From Candidatus Micrarchaeota archaeon (GTDB lineage Archaea; Micrarchaeota; Micrarchaeia; Micrarchaeales; CABMGC01), in NCBI GenBank assembly GCA_021803945.1, contig JAJZKW010000002.1, positions 1,734-65,733 of the forward strand: 64,000 nt of DNA, in the 5' to 3' direction. Shown piece by piece: positions 37,292 to 45,823 of the stretch; position 1 is the stretch's first letter; each line of letters starts with the position of its first letter. The notes beneath the pieces are model-generated. The model was not told where the DNA came from, ran no database searches, and saw nothing but the letters and a program-made list of their open reading frames with translations. The position numbers were made by a program, and so were the translations under genes.

Positions 37292-38563
37292 TTAGACTGC
37301 CGATAGCCTCCTATACATCATACTGCATGCAAGCGTGAGCGCTCCTCCTACCACAAACGTAGGACCGAAGCCGTATGCCACTGCCAGCCATCCAGAGACA
37401 AGGGATCCAGTGAATGACCCTATGCCAATAAGGCTGCTGTATATCCCGATCGCGCTGCCCCTTCCCTTAGACCCGAGTGTCTTGAAGAGTATGGCATATG
37501 AGGTGGGGTAGTATATTGCGTATGCCACCCCTGAAGCCATGATGTAAAACAGGAAGTTGCCTGTAAAGAAGTCAAATCCCTTAAGGCTCACGAACGCAAT
37601 GCCTATGACTACATAGCTGAATCCCCTAAGCAGGAGCGCCAACCATGATGCAGCCTTTAGATTCAGGTTCTTTGTAAATTTGTCATAGTAATAAAAGGTC
37701 AGCGTCTGTATGACCATTGCAGATAGTACAACGAAGAAGATGGCGGATTCTGTCAGGCCGCCTATCTTCAACCCTACCGGATATTCAGTGTTGAATACCG
37801 AGCTCCCGAAGAAGAATATGAAAGATATTGCATAGAATGCTATGACCAGGTTCCTTTTGCCGCCCGCTATATCCCTGAATTCGAACCATTTCCTGATGTT
37901 CATCGGGTTAGGTATCCTGACCACCATATGCGGTATGCCTACAAGCCTGTACAGGAAATAATTCATGCTCTTATTTATCGAAACCCTTTTCCTAAGCGAG
38001 GCCGGTTCGCTTATGGTCCTGGCCGCGATCAATGCAGATGCCACAGACGCTACGGCAAGGACAACGATGAGCATTCCAAGACTCGCCACTCCAGTTATTG
38101 CCCATGCCACCACATATCCAACTGTAGCGCCAAGCGAGGCAAGGGTCTGCAGCAGGGAGAAACTGTGGGTCCATCCGTTCCTTTTCCCATTCTCCATTAT
38201 GAGGAGATTTATAGGAGCTCCTGTAGCTGCGTTAACAAACGATATCACTGCATAAAGGGCTATGACTCCGTATATGCTCTTTACGAAAAGCAGGCCAGCT
38301 ATGAGGATGCCTGTAAAGAAGTAGGGAAAGACTATCAGCGCCTTCCTCTTGTTGACTATGTCGGTTATGAATCCCCACAGGAATACTGCAGGTATGGATA
38401 TCATGCCTGAAAGCGTTATCGCATACGACACATCAAGTATCCCGCCTCCTAGCTTAAGTATGTACAATGTGACCAGGATGGAGAGCGGCCCGTATGCGAT
38501 GTTGGCGGGTATTACGGAAAGCATCCATAAGCTGCCCAATTTGTTATGATCTCCACGTCCCAT
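37292..38563 (-). CDS. MFS transporter
   Basis: About 12 TM, WGFITDIVNKRK motif A, RGSAIGIYS; start moved to ATG 38563. Confidence 0.88.
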   Translation of the reverse strand: MGRGDHNKLGSLWMLSVIPANIAYGPLSILVTLYILKLGGGILDVSYAITLSGMISIPAVFLWGFITDIVNKRKALIVFPYFFTGILIAGLLFVKSIYGVIALYAVISFVNAATGAPINLLIMENGKRNGWTHSFSLLQTLASLGATVGYVVAWAITGVASLGMLIVVLAVASVASALIAARTISEPASLRKRVSINKSMNYFLYRLVGIPHMVVRIPNPMNIRKWFEFRDIAGGKRNLVIAFYAISFIFFFGSSVFNTEYPVGLKIGGLTESAIFFVVLSAMVIQTLTFYYYDKFTKNLNLKAASWLALLLRGFSYVVIGIAFVSLKGFDFFTGNFLFYIMASGVAYAIYYPTSYAILFKTLGSKGRGSAIGIYSSLIGIGSFTGSLVSGWLAVAYGFGPTFVVGGALTLACSMMYRRLSAV

Positions 38564-38694
38564 AAAACCACACGACGAGTCCAATTGTTCCAATCTCCCT
38601 GTCAACAAGGCTTATTCATAGTCATTATAACCATTTGTAAATCAGGGCAAAACAAATCAGGGACGAAATTGTTAATATTGGGCAAATCCAGGTC

Positions 38695-39408
38695 TTACTT
38701 GTACACGAACTCAACTGTTACCTGCTCCAAGACTCCCTCCCTCCCGCTGAAGAAGAGGGGATTCTGCTCCGGTCCGGAATTTACTCCTGCAGAATAAGCC
38801 GCAGGGTATGCTGGATACACGTATCCTTTCGACACAGTCATGTTCCTTATTGAGACAGCGTTGCTGCCGGCAGCCACCTGTGCCTGCAGCGTCGCATTCT
38901 GTATCGCGAGGCTGAGCGCAGACTGCATGAGCTGCTCTGACTGCTTGCTTGACAGCGAAGACGAAGTCTGCGTCACATAAACATTCTGTATAAGCGAGAG
39001 CGCCCCGAGTATCGAGCTCACATTGGATATCTGCGGCACAGATATTGACACTGCCTCTGATGCCTCGTACTTGCTGCTGTTATACACGCGCTGCAGGGAA
39101 TAGGACTGTGTTGATATGCTGCTTGAGTTATTGCCAATGTATTTCGCAACGGTAAAATTGAATCTGCTGATGGTAAGGCTAAGGTTTGCCGTGGCTATAG
39201 CCGCATTGCTTCCAGTGCCGTTCATCCTTACATATATTGTGGCCACCTGCGGGTATCCGTACGAGATTCCGGATGCGCTTACAGTAAGATGTGTCAATCC
39301 CTGGCCTCCTGGAAGGCCATTTGGATAAAGTATGCCTGCCATAAGGACAGACGCCATAGCGAGTATTGCGACCAACGTAAGCATTATCAATATGGTCTCT
39401 GTTTTTAT
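38695..39408 (-). CDS. SIMPL/DUF541 domain protein
   Basis: Signal/TM, LTVSASG..Y.YP..ATI, ALSLAIQNA..QA, VTVEF. Start uncertain (ATA 39408 or TTG 39390). Confidence 0.8.
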   Translation of the reverse strand: MKTETILIMLTLVAILAMASVLMAGILYPNGLPGGQGLTHLTVSASGISYGYPQVATIYVRMNGTGSNAAIATANLSLTISRFNFTVAKYIGNNSSSISTQSYSLQRVYNSSKYEASEAVSISVPQISNVSSILGALSLIQNVYVTQTSSSLSSKQSEQLMQSALSLAIQNATLQAQVAAGSNAVSIRNMTVSKGYVYPAYPAAYSAGVNSGPEQNPLFFSGREGVLEQVTVEFVYK

Positions 39409-39485
39409 GCAAACACCAATATAGTATATTTAGAAAAGAATATAAATCAAATTCAGGCCTCCCCCTGTCTGCGTGTCATGCGGTA

Positions 39486-40205
39486 TCATATCGGCGTGGC
39501 TCCGATGAAATGGCCTATGAGGTATCCTGCAAACCCTGCCACGAGCCCTATCACAACCATCTGGATGCCATTGTGCCATATCGACCCTATGGTGGTCTTC
39601 GCTTCGTAGCATCCTATCAGGAACAGGGTAATGCCGCTGAGCACCACCGCTCCAGCAGCCCCCGCAAGCATATTGTTCGTCAGGAATATGAATGGAATCA
39701 ATGGTATTGCAGAGCCTATTACAGTAGCCAGGATGACCGTTGTGAAGCTCCTTAAAGGCGCAGATTTGTCAACAGGGGAGAGCTTCAGCTCGAAGGCCAT
39801 CATGAATTCCAGCCAGGCCTTCGGGTTCGAGCATATCATATCTGTCAGCTTCTTGAGCCGCTTGCCCTTATATCCCCATTCCTCCAATACCTCATTGACC
39901 TCTTTCCTTTCGACATTAGGTATCTCCTTCATCTCCCTCTTCTCCTGCTCCACCTCCTTGAGGTACAACCTGCGCCTTGACATTGTGGACGTATACGCCA
40001 CTGCCCCCATTGATATGGATTCCGCGCTCAGGGCAGCAAGGGCGGCTACGAAAAGTATGCGTATGTCCGCTGTGGCAGCCGACACCCCGAGTATGATCCC
40101 GAGAACGTTGACGATCCCGTCCTGGCTGCCCAGTATGAAGTCGGAAAGGAATGTGGGGTGTGCATGCGGTTCAGAATGCTCCTGCTTGATCTTGTAGTCA
40201 GCCAA
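39486..40205 (-). CDS. VIT1/CCC1 iron/manganese transporter
   Basis: DFILGSQDGIV, AESISMGAVAY, EKREM...P..E..E, MMAFEL. Confidence 0.92.
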   Translation of the reverse strand: MADYKIKQEHSEPHAHPTFLSDFILGSQDGIVNVLGIILGVSAATADIRILFVAALAALSAESISMGAVAYTSTMSRRRLYLKEVEQEKREMKEIPNVERKEVNEVLEEWGYKGKRLKKLTDMICSNPKAWLEFMMAFELKLSPVDKSAPLRSFTTVILATVIGSAIPLIPFIFLTNNMLAGAAGAVVLSGITLFLIGCYEAKTTIGSIWHNGIQMVVIGLVAGFAGYLIGHFIGATPI

Positions 40206-40296
40206 ATCAACACCCCATGCCAGTAGCCAAAGCAGGCATTATACAACGCTTGCCATTCTGCATAATTATTTATGCAGGTGCAATGTATTTTAATAT

Positions 40297-40857
40297 ATGT
40301 TGGGATGGAAGAGGCAGCACAATACCTACTATTACGGCAGTGGCGCATACAAGTATGTTGACGACCTCATCTCCAGAAAAGGGGACATCCTGATAGTCTC
40401 GCCTTACATAGACAGGTACTATGCAGAGCTGATACTCAAGAAATCGCATGTCAGCAGGTTCTACGTGATATCGTCGTCAATTGATGAGCGCGCTTTGGAC
40501 ATTCTGAAGGGCAGATCCAGCCCATTGCGATTTATAGGATACCTTGCGCTATCTGCAATAATGCTCTGGCTCGCCATTTTCATAGGGCTAAAATGGCCGT
40601 ATCTTCTGATATCAATAGCGCCGATGGCGATCTGGGCCTTCAAGCATCTTGGCAGGCGCCCTAAGATAGCCCTGAAGGTCCCCAGGCAGTTCGTGCACGC
40701 AAAGATGTATATCTCAGCAGGCATGGCCATAACCGGATCTGCCAACCTGACTTATAGCGGGACCCACAGGAATGCAGAGCATATAAATGTAATATACGAT
40801 GCAGACGACATCTCCAGGCTCAAGGACCAGTTCTGGGAGATATGGGGAGGGATCTAG
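40297..40857 (+). CDS. phospholipase D-like (single HxK) protein with inserted TM hairpin
   Basis: IVSPYID, HAKMYIS...AITGSANLT..G...N.E, FWEIW; two hydrophobic helices mid-domain. Confidence 0.8.
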   Translation: MLGWKRQHNTYYYGSGAYKYVDDLISRKGDILIVSPYIDRYYAELILKKSHVSRFYVISSSIDERALDILKGRSSPLRFIGYLALSAIMLWLAIFIGLKWPYLLISIAPMAIWAFKHLGRRPKIALKVPRQFVHAKMYISAGMAITGSANLTYSGTHRNAEHINVIYDADDISRLKDQFWEIWGGI

Positions 40858-41750
40858 CTAACGCTGTTTACCCTGCCGGACGCAAATATCCTCGGGCTCT
40901 TCTCCTTCACCAGCATGAAGCCGTCGCCTTCAAGAACAGACAGCGGCTTCTCGAACGATATCGTTGCAGCATCCTTCTCAATCTGCTCAACTTTGCAGAC
41001 TGCATAGGAGAAGTTCGACACGAACACATACCTGCCCCCGGTCTCGACCTTCTCGTTTGCAAACGAGCTTACCTTCAATGCAGTTGCCACTGTCTTGGCC
41101 TTCTGGAACTTGGACTGCAGGAAAAGGTCACCCTTGTCTATCTGGTCGTACTCAAGCCCCTTTATGGCGAGCCCTACCCGTGTTCCGTATCCTGCTTCAG
41201 GGACATCCACATCCTGGCTCTGTATCGACTTGATTGTCAGCTGCTTCCCCGAGCTGTGATACATGATGTCATGCACCTTCACGGTGCCGCGCGTGACTAC
41301 CCCAAGCACAACAGTCCCTATCCCCTTCACAGGAAAGGCCCTGTCTATGTCTATCCTCGTATCTCCGCCATGCTGCTCCTTCCTCGACACTATCCTGTCA
41401 AGCAGGTCGGCCTTGCTGCAGACCTCTGCATCGCGGAACATGTTATTAGTTATTTTTGATATGTCATTGTCGTCCAGTATTATCACATGCTTTCCAAGCA
41501 GGGATGCGGCCACGATGACCTCGCCAAGCAGCTTATCCACAGATGCTGTGCTTATTGCTATCTGTCCTGCTATCAGCATCGTTTCCGCCATACTGTAATA
41601 CATCTTATCCTCCCTATTCACAGGCATGACTGCGACTATGGTGTCAGCGCCCAGTTTCCTGTTGAAGAACGCGATCCCCTCGTCCGATCCCTTCTTCCCT
41701 ATGAATGACGCAAGATTCTCGTCTACAGGTACCGATACTATGTAATTCAT
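40854..41750 (-). CDS. archaeal SelB-like/EF-Tu domain II-III protein with degenerate G domain
   Basis: IDRAFPVKGIGTVVLGVVTRGTV, IKSIQSQD, GTRVGLAIKG; no P-loop. Confidence 0.82.
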   Translation of the reverse strand: MNYIVSVPVDENLASFIGKKGSDEGIAFFNRKLGADTIVAVMPVNREDKMYYSMAETMLIAGQIAISTASVDKLLGEVIVAASLLGKHVIILDDNDISKITNNMFRDAEVCSKADLLDRIVSRKEQHGGDTRIDIDRAFPVKGIGTVVLGVVTRGTVKVHDIMYHSSGKQLTIKSIQSQDVDVPEAGYGTRVGLAIKGLEYDQIDKGDLFLQSKFQKAKTVATALKVSSFANEKVETGGRYVFVSNFSYAVCKVEQIEKDAATISFEKPLSVLEGDGFMLVKEKSPRIFASGRVNSVS

Positions 41751-41760
41751 GAAATCAAGT

Positions 41761-42441
41761 CTACGAAAACGTTATGTCAAGATCTCCTGCATAGCTGAAA
41801 TCCGGGCATTTCATATACAGGCTCACAATATAACTGTCTTTCCTGTCCGCCTTGATCGGCAGCTTCGGGTCTGTACTAACGATCTCGAAAGGCCTGCTTA
41901 CCTCTATCCTGCTCACTACGTCCCCCAGGGATACGACCTTGTACAACTGTATCTTCTCGCAGAAGAGCTGCGACTTCTGCATTGCCGATGTCACTGCCGA
42001 GTCCTCAAGCTCAACATCCCGGTCTTTATGGTGCAGGGTAACCTTCTTCAGGCTTATTGTTACATTGTTCGACGCCTCGTTGCCGAAGTTTATGGATAGA
42101 GGGCCTTCATAGGTCATATCAGGCGCCCTCACCTTTATCCTGAAAATCACCTTGGACATGAATCCAACCTCCACCGGCAGCTTCGGAGAGACGTCTACCA
42201 GCCTGAAAGGCTCAGCAACCGCTATTGCACTGACAACCATCTTGGGACCTTTCATGCCTTCAGGAAGCAGTCCGCTGCCCATCTTATTCTGGAATGGTAT
42301 ATCTATGTCAAATTCCGGCTTGCTGACATGCATTCCGTCAATCGCATGCGAATTCCCCATGAATTTCAGGTTTATACTCGTGACGGTTATGTTGGTTCCC
42401 GCCTTCTTCCTCCCAAATAACCTGCCTAGAATCGATACCAA
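41761..42441 (-). CDS. hypothetical protein, two tandem beta-sandwich-like repeats
   Basis: PFRLVDVSPKLPV...APDMTYEGPLSINF and PFEIVSTDPKLPI...CPDFSYAGDLDITF. Confidence 0.75.
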   Translation of the reverse strand: MVSILGRLFGRKKAGTNITVTSINLKFMGNSHAIDGMHVSKPEFDIDIPFQNKMGSGLLPEGMKGPKMVVSAIAVAEPFRLVDVSPKLPVEVGFMSKVIFRIKVRAPDMTYEGPLSINFGNEASNNVTISLKKVTLHHKDRDVELEDSAVTSAMQKSQLFCEKIQLYKVVSLGDVVSRIEVSRPFEIVSTDPKLPIKADRKDSYIVSLYMKCPDFSYAGDLDITFS

Positions 42442-42522
42442 TGGAACACCGTGAGACTTAGCAATACTATATGCATGTATAAGCTATATATTTTTTGGCT
42501 ACCAAACAGTATTGGTGTTATA

Positions 42523-42981
42523 TTGCTTGACCTCAATTCAAAAGCTCCGGATTTTAGCCTTGACGGCTCAGATGGCAAAAAACATACCCTCAGGGAATTT
42601 TCTGGCAAGTACCTCATCCTTTACTTCTACCCAAAGGACGACACGCCAGGCTGCACGACAGAGGCAAGGGGATTCAATGCAAAGCTTAACGATATAAACA
42701 AGCTCGGGGCAGTGGTTGTCGGGGTTAGCAGCGACAACATAGCTTCCCACTGTAGGTTCCAGTCCAAGTACAACCTTGAATTCCTTCTCCTGTCAGACCC
42801 TTCGCACGATGTGATAAAGGATTATGGCGCCTATGGCAACAGGGGGATATTCGGAATGGGCACGATGAGGACGACTGTCATAATCGACAAGACAGGCCAT
42901 GTAGCAAAGATATTTGAGAAGGTGAATCCGTCCGGCCATGAGGAAGAGATAATAAAGTTCATAAAAAGCCATCCGGAATAA
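42523..42981 (+). CDS. bcp: peroxiredoxin, BCP/PrxQ family
   Basis: APDFSL, YFYPKDDTPGCTTEA, GVSSD, LLSDP; TTG start 5 nt after GGTG. Confidence 0.93.
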   Translation: MLDLNSKAPDFSLDGSDGKKHTLREFSGKYLILYFYPKDDTPGCTTEARGFNAKLNDINKLGAVVVGVSSDNIASHCRFQSKYNLEFLLLSDPSHDVIKDYGAYGNRGIFGMGTMRTTVIIDKTGHVAKIFEKVNPSGHEEEIIKFIKSHPE

Positions 42982-42990
42982 GGTCTTCAA

Positions 42991-45543
42991 ATGCCATTGC
43001 ATGATAAAGGAACAAAAGGACTGGAAAGACACGACACTCTGGGTAGCAATGTAATACCAAGGAAGTACACGCTGAGGTTCAAACCGTATTTTGCAACATT
43101 CAAGTACGAGGGAAGCGAAACCATAGAAGTCGAGATAAAGAAGGCAACCACATCAATATCCCTCAACGCCTCTGAGCTTGACATAAAGGAGGCCTACGTA
43201 GCGCAAGACGGGAAAGAACAAGTGGCCGCAACGAAGCTGAATTCTTCAAAACAGACACTGACGCTCGTCATCGGGAAAGGGGTGAAAGGCAGAGCTTTGA
43301 TAAAGATCGGCTTCGCAGGTATCCACAACGACAGCATGTATGGATTTTACAGAAGCAGGTACAACAACGGCGGCAAGGCGAAATACCTGCTGACTACGCA
43401 ATTCGAGGCGGCAAATGCGAGGAATGCGTTCCCATGTTTCGATGAGCCTGAGTTCAAGGCGGCCTTCGACGTTTCAATAATTGCAGAGAAGGGGTTTGAC
43501 TGCATATCCAACATGCCTGTATCGAGAGTGGACGACCTGGGGGGCGGCCTAAAGGAGGTAAAGTTCGAGGAGACGCCGCGTATGTCCACATACCTCCTAT
43601 ACTTGGGCGTCGGGAATTACGATTATGCAGTAGGAAGGGCCGGGAATACCAGGGTAAGGGTCGTAACAGTGCCTGGAAGCGGGGGCATGGCAAAGCTTCC
43701 CCTCGAGTACGCCATAAAATTCATAAAGTTCTATGAAAAATATTTTGGCATAAAATACCCGCTCCCCAAAGTCGACCTGATAGCAATACCGGATTTTGCA
43801 GCAGGGGCCATGGAGAATTGGGGTGCGATGGCCTTCAGGGAGACCGCGCTGCTCGCAGATGAGAAGAGCCCCATCGCTGTCAAGCAGAGGGTAGCAGAGG
43901 TTATAGCGCACGAGCTTGCGCATCAGTGGTTCGGGGACCTTGTGACGATGAAGTGGTGGAATGACCTATGGCTCAACGAAAGCTTTGCGACATTCATGAG
44001 CTACAAGGCCATGGACGCTGTTTTCCCAGAATGGGAGGTCAGGATCGAATATCTTCAGAACGTCATAAACACGGCTTTCATCGCAGACCAGCTCAGATCC
44101 ACGCATCCAATAAGCGTGCCTGTGAACTATCCAGGAGAGATAGACCAGCTATTCGACGAGATCAGCTACGAGAAGGGAGGAACGGTGCTGAACATAATAG
44201 AGAGCTATGTGGGGAACGGGATACTAAGGGCAGGACTGAGCAGGTATCTCAGGGAGCACTCGTATGCAAACGCTACGAAGTCCGACTTATGGCATGCGAT
44301 AGACGAGGCCGCAGTGAAAAGGCATGCCCGCACTGACGTGTATTCTATTGCAAACTACTGGGTCAACACGCCAGGCTATCCGGTAATAGACGCAAAAAGG
44401 GACGCAGACGGCATAAGTCTCAGGCAGACGAGATACTTCCTGCTCAGCAATATGTCAAGCGACTGTACATGGCCTATACCTGTAGACTATCTGGTGGGAG
44501 GCACGGAACGAAAAATGCTGTTTGACAGGAAAACCGCACACATAAGGGCAGGCAAGGGCCAATGGGTAAAGCTAAACTTCAGGCAGAACGGGATGTACCG
44601 TGTAAATTACGACGCAGAGGACATTTCAAGGCTCGGTGAGCTCGTACAAGGCAAGAAGATAACAGGAATGGACTCTTGGGGCATAGAATCCGACATGTTT
44701 GCAAGAAGCAGGTCAGGCAGGATGCCTGCCGACAGCTATCTTGAATTCGCTGGGAGGTACTGCCTTGACGGCGATCATCCTCTGGATGCCAGCGTGCTGT
44801 CCCACCTGGTATGGATCTACTACAGGCTCGGCCCTGGGAACAACGCCAGGGCAAGGGAGCTGCTACTTCTCTATACCAATCGCCTTATCGACAGGCTGGG
44901 GTGGGAGAGGGACGAAGGCGAGACCCCATACGACACGCAGATGAGGTCTGCAGCAATCATGGCCTCAGGTATGATAGGATATGCGCCCACTGTGGACAAG
45001 GCAGTCAAAATGTTCTACGACTTCATGAACCGCGGAAAAGCCATAGATCCGAACATACGCGGCGCCGTTTATTCTCTCGCTGCGTGGTCCGGCGGAGACG
45101 AGGTCTTCAGAATCCTCAAGGAGAGATTCTCAAGGGAGACTGTCCCGGACGAGAAGACGAGATTGCTCCGAGCCACTGCAATGTTCAATGACAAAGGAAT
45201 GGTCCTTAAGGCTTTCAGCTTCGCAATGTCAAAGGCCGTAAGGCTGCAGGACTCGTTCATGGTCCCTGCGATTGCAGCTTCCAATCCTGCTGCGAGGGGA
45301 ATACTGCTTCCATGGACCGTTAGGAACTGGAAGGAGTTGAGGAAGAGATACGCAAGTGGGACACACATGCTCATAAGGTTCATAGACAACCTCGCAGTCC
45401 TGGACACAGAAAAAGAGAAGGAAGAGATAGAAGGCTTCTTCAGGAAGAAGCAGAACTTCAGGGACGATATAGGCCATGCGCTTGACAAGGCGCTCGAGCA
45501 GATAGAAGCAAACATAAGGTTTCTCAAGGCCAACGGGCTGTAG
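42991..45543 (+). CDS. M1 aminopeptidase (tricorn-interacting factor F2/F3-like)
   Basis: TQFE..ARNAFPCFDEP, GAMENWG, HELAHQWFG...WLNESFA, YEKG. Confidence 0.95.
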   Translation: MPLHDKGTKGLERHDTLGSNVIPRKYTLRFKPYFATFKYEGSETIEVEIKKATTSISLNASELDIKEAYVAQDGKEQVAATKLNSSKQTLTLVIGKGVKGRALIKIGFAGIHNDSMYGFYRSRYNNGGKAKYLLTTQFEAANARNAFPCFDEPEFKAAFDVSIIAEKGFDCISNMPVSRVDDLGGGLKEVKFEETPRMSTYLLYLGVGNYDYAVGRAGNTRVRVVTVPGSGGMAKLPLEYAIKFIKFYEKYFGIKYPLPKVDLIAIPDFAAGAMENWGAMAFRETALLADEKSPIAVKQRVAEVIAHELAHQWFGDLVTMKWWNDLWLNESFATFMSYKAMDAVFPEWEVRIEYLQNVINTAFIADQLRSTHPISVPVNYPGEIDQLFDEISYEKGGTVLNIIESYVGNGILRAGLSRYLREHSYANATKSDLWHAIDEAAVKRHARTDVYSIANYWVNTPGYPVIDAKRDADGISLRQTRYFLLSNMSSDCTWPIPVDYLVGGTERKMLFDRKTAHIRAGKGQWVKLNFRQNGMYRVNYDAEDISRLGELVQGKKITGMDSWGIESDMFARSRSGRMPADSYLEFAGRYCLDGDHPLDASVLSHLVWIYYRLGPGNNARARELLLLYTNRLIDRLGWERDEGETPYDTQMRSAAIMASGMIGYAPTVDKAVKMFYDFMNRGKAIDPNIRGAVYSLAAWSGGDEVFRILKERFSRETVPDEKTRLLRATAMFNDKGMVLKAFSFAMSKAVRLQDSFMVPAIAASNPAARGILLPWTVRNWKELRKRYASGTHMLIRFIDNLAVLDTEKEKEEIEGFFRKKQNFRDDIGHALDKALEQIEANIRFLKANGL

Positions 45544-45623
45544 GCCTGCGCTCTCTTCCAGGACAGCACAACGCTTAAAATACCTATTACCCTATACTTA
45601 CTGCTTATATTAGAGTGATTTAC

Positions 45624-45815
45624 GTGATGTGCGAAAGATGCAGCAATGACATACACAAGTATAGCACATGCAACTACTGCAAGAGAAAGGTGTGCATAAA
45701 TTGCGTCAAGAGTTCAAGAAGGGTATCAAAGGTAATCAGGCTGGTCATATGCAAGGACGACTGGTCAAAGATGGCTTCCAGGAAGACGTTCAAGAGCGCA
45801 ACAAAGGAGCAATGA
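45624..45815 (+). CDS. small basic zinc-finger protein
   Basis: CERC...CNYC...CINC...C; Lys/Arg-rich; exact start uncertain (45615/45624/45627). Confidence 0.75.
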   Translation: MMCERCSNDIHKYSTCNYCKRKVCINCVKSSRRVSKVIRLVICKDDWSKMASRKTFKSATKEQ

Positions 45816-45823
45816 GCAGATAA

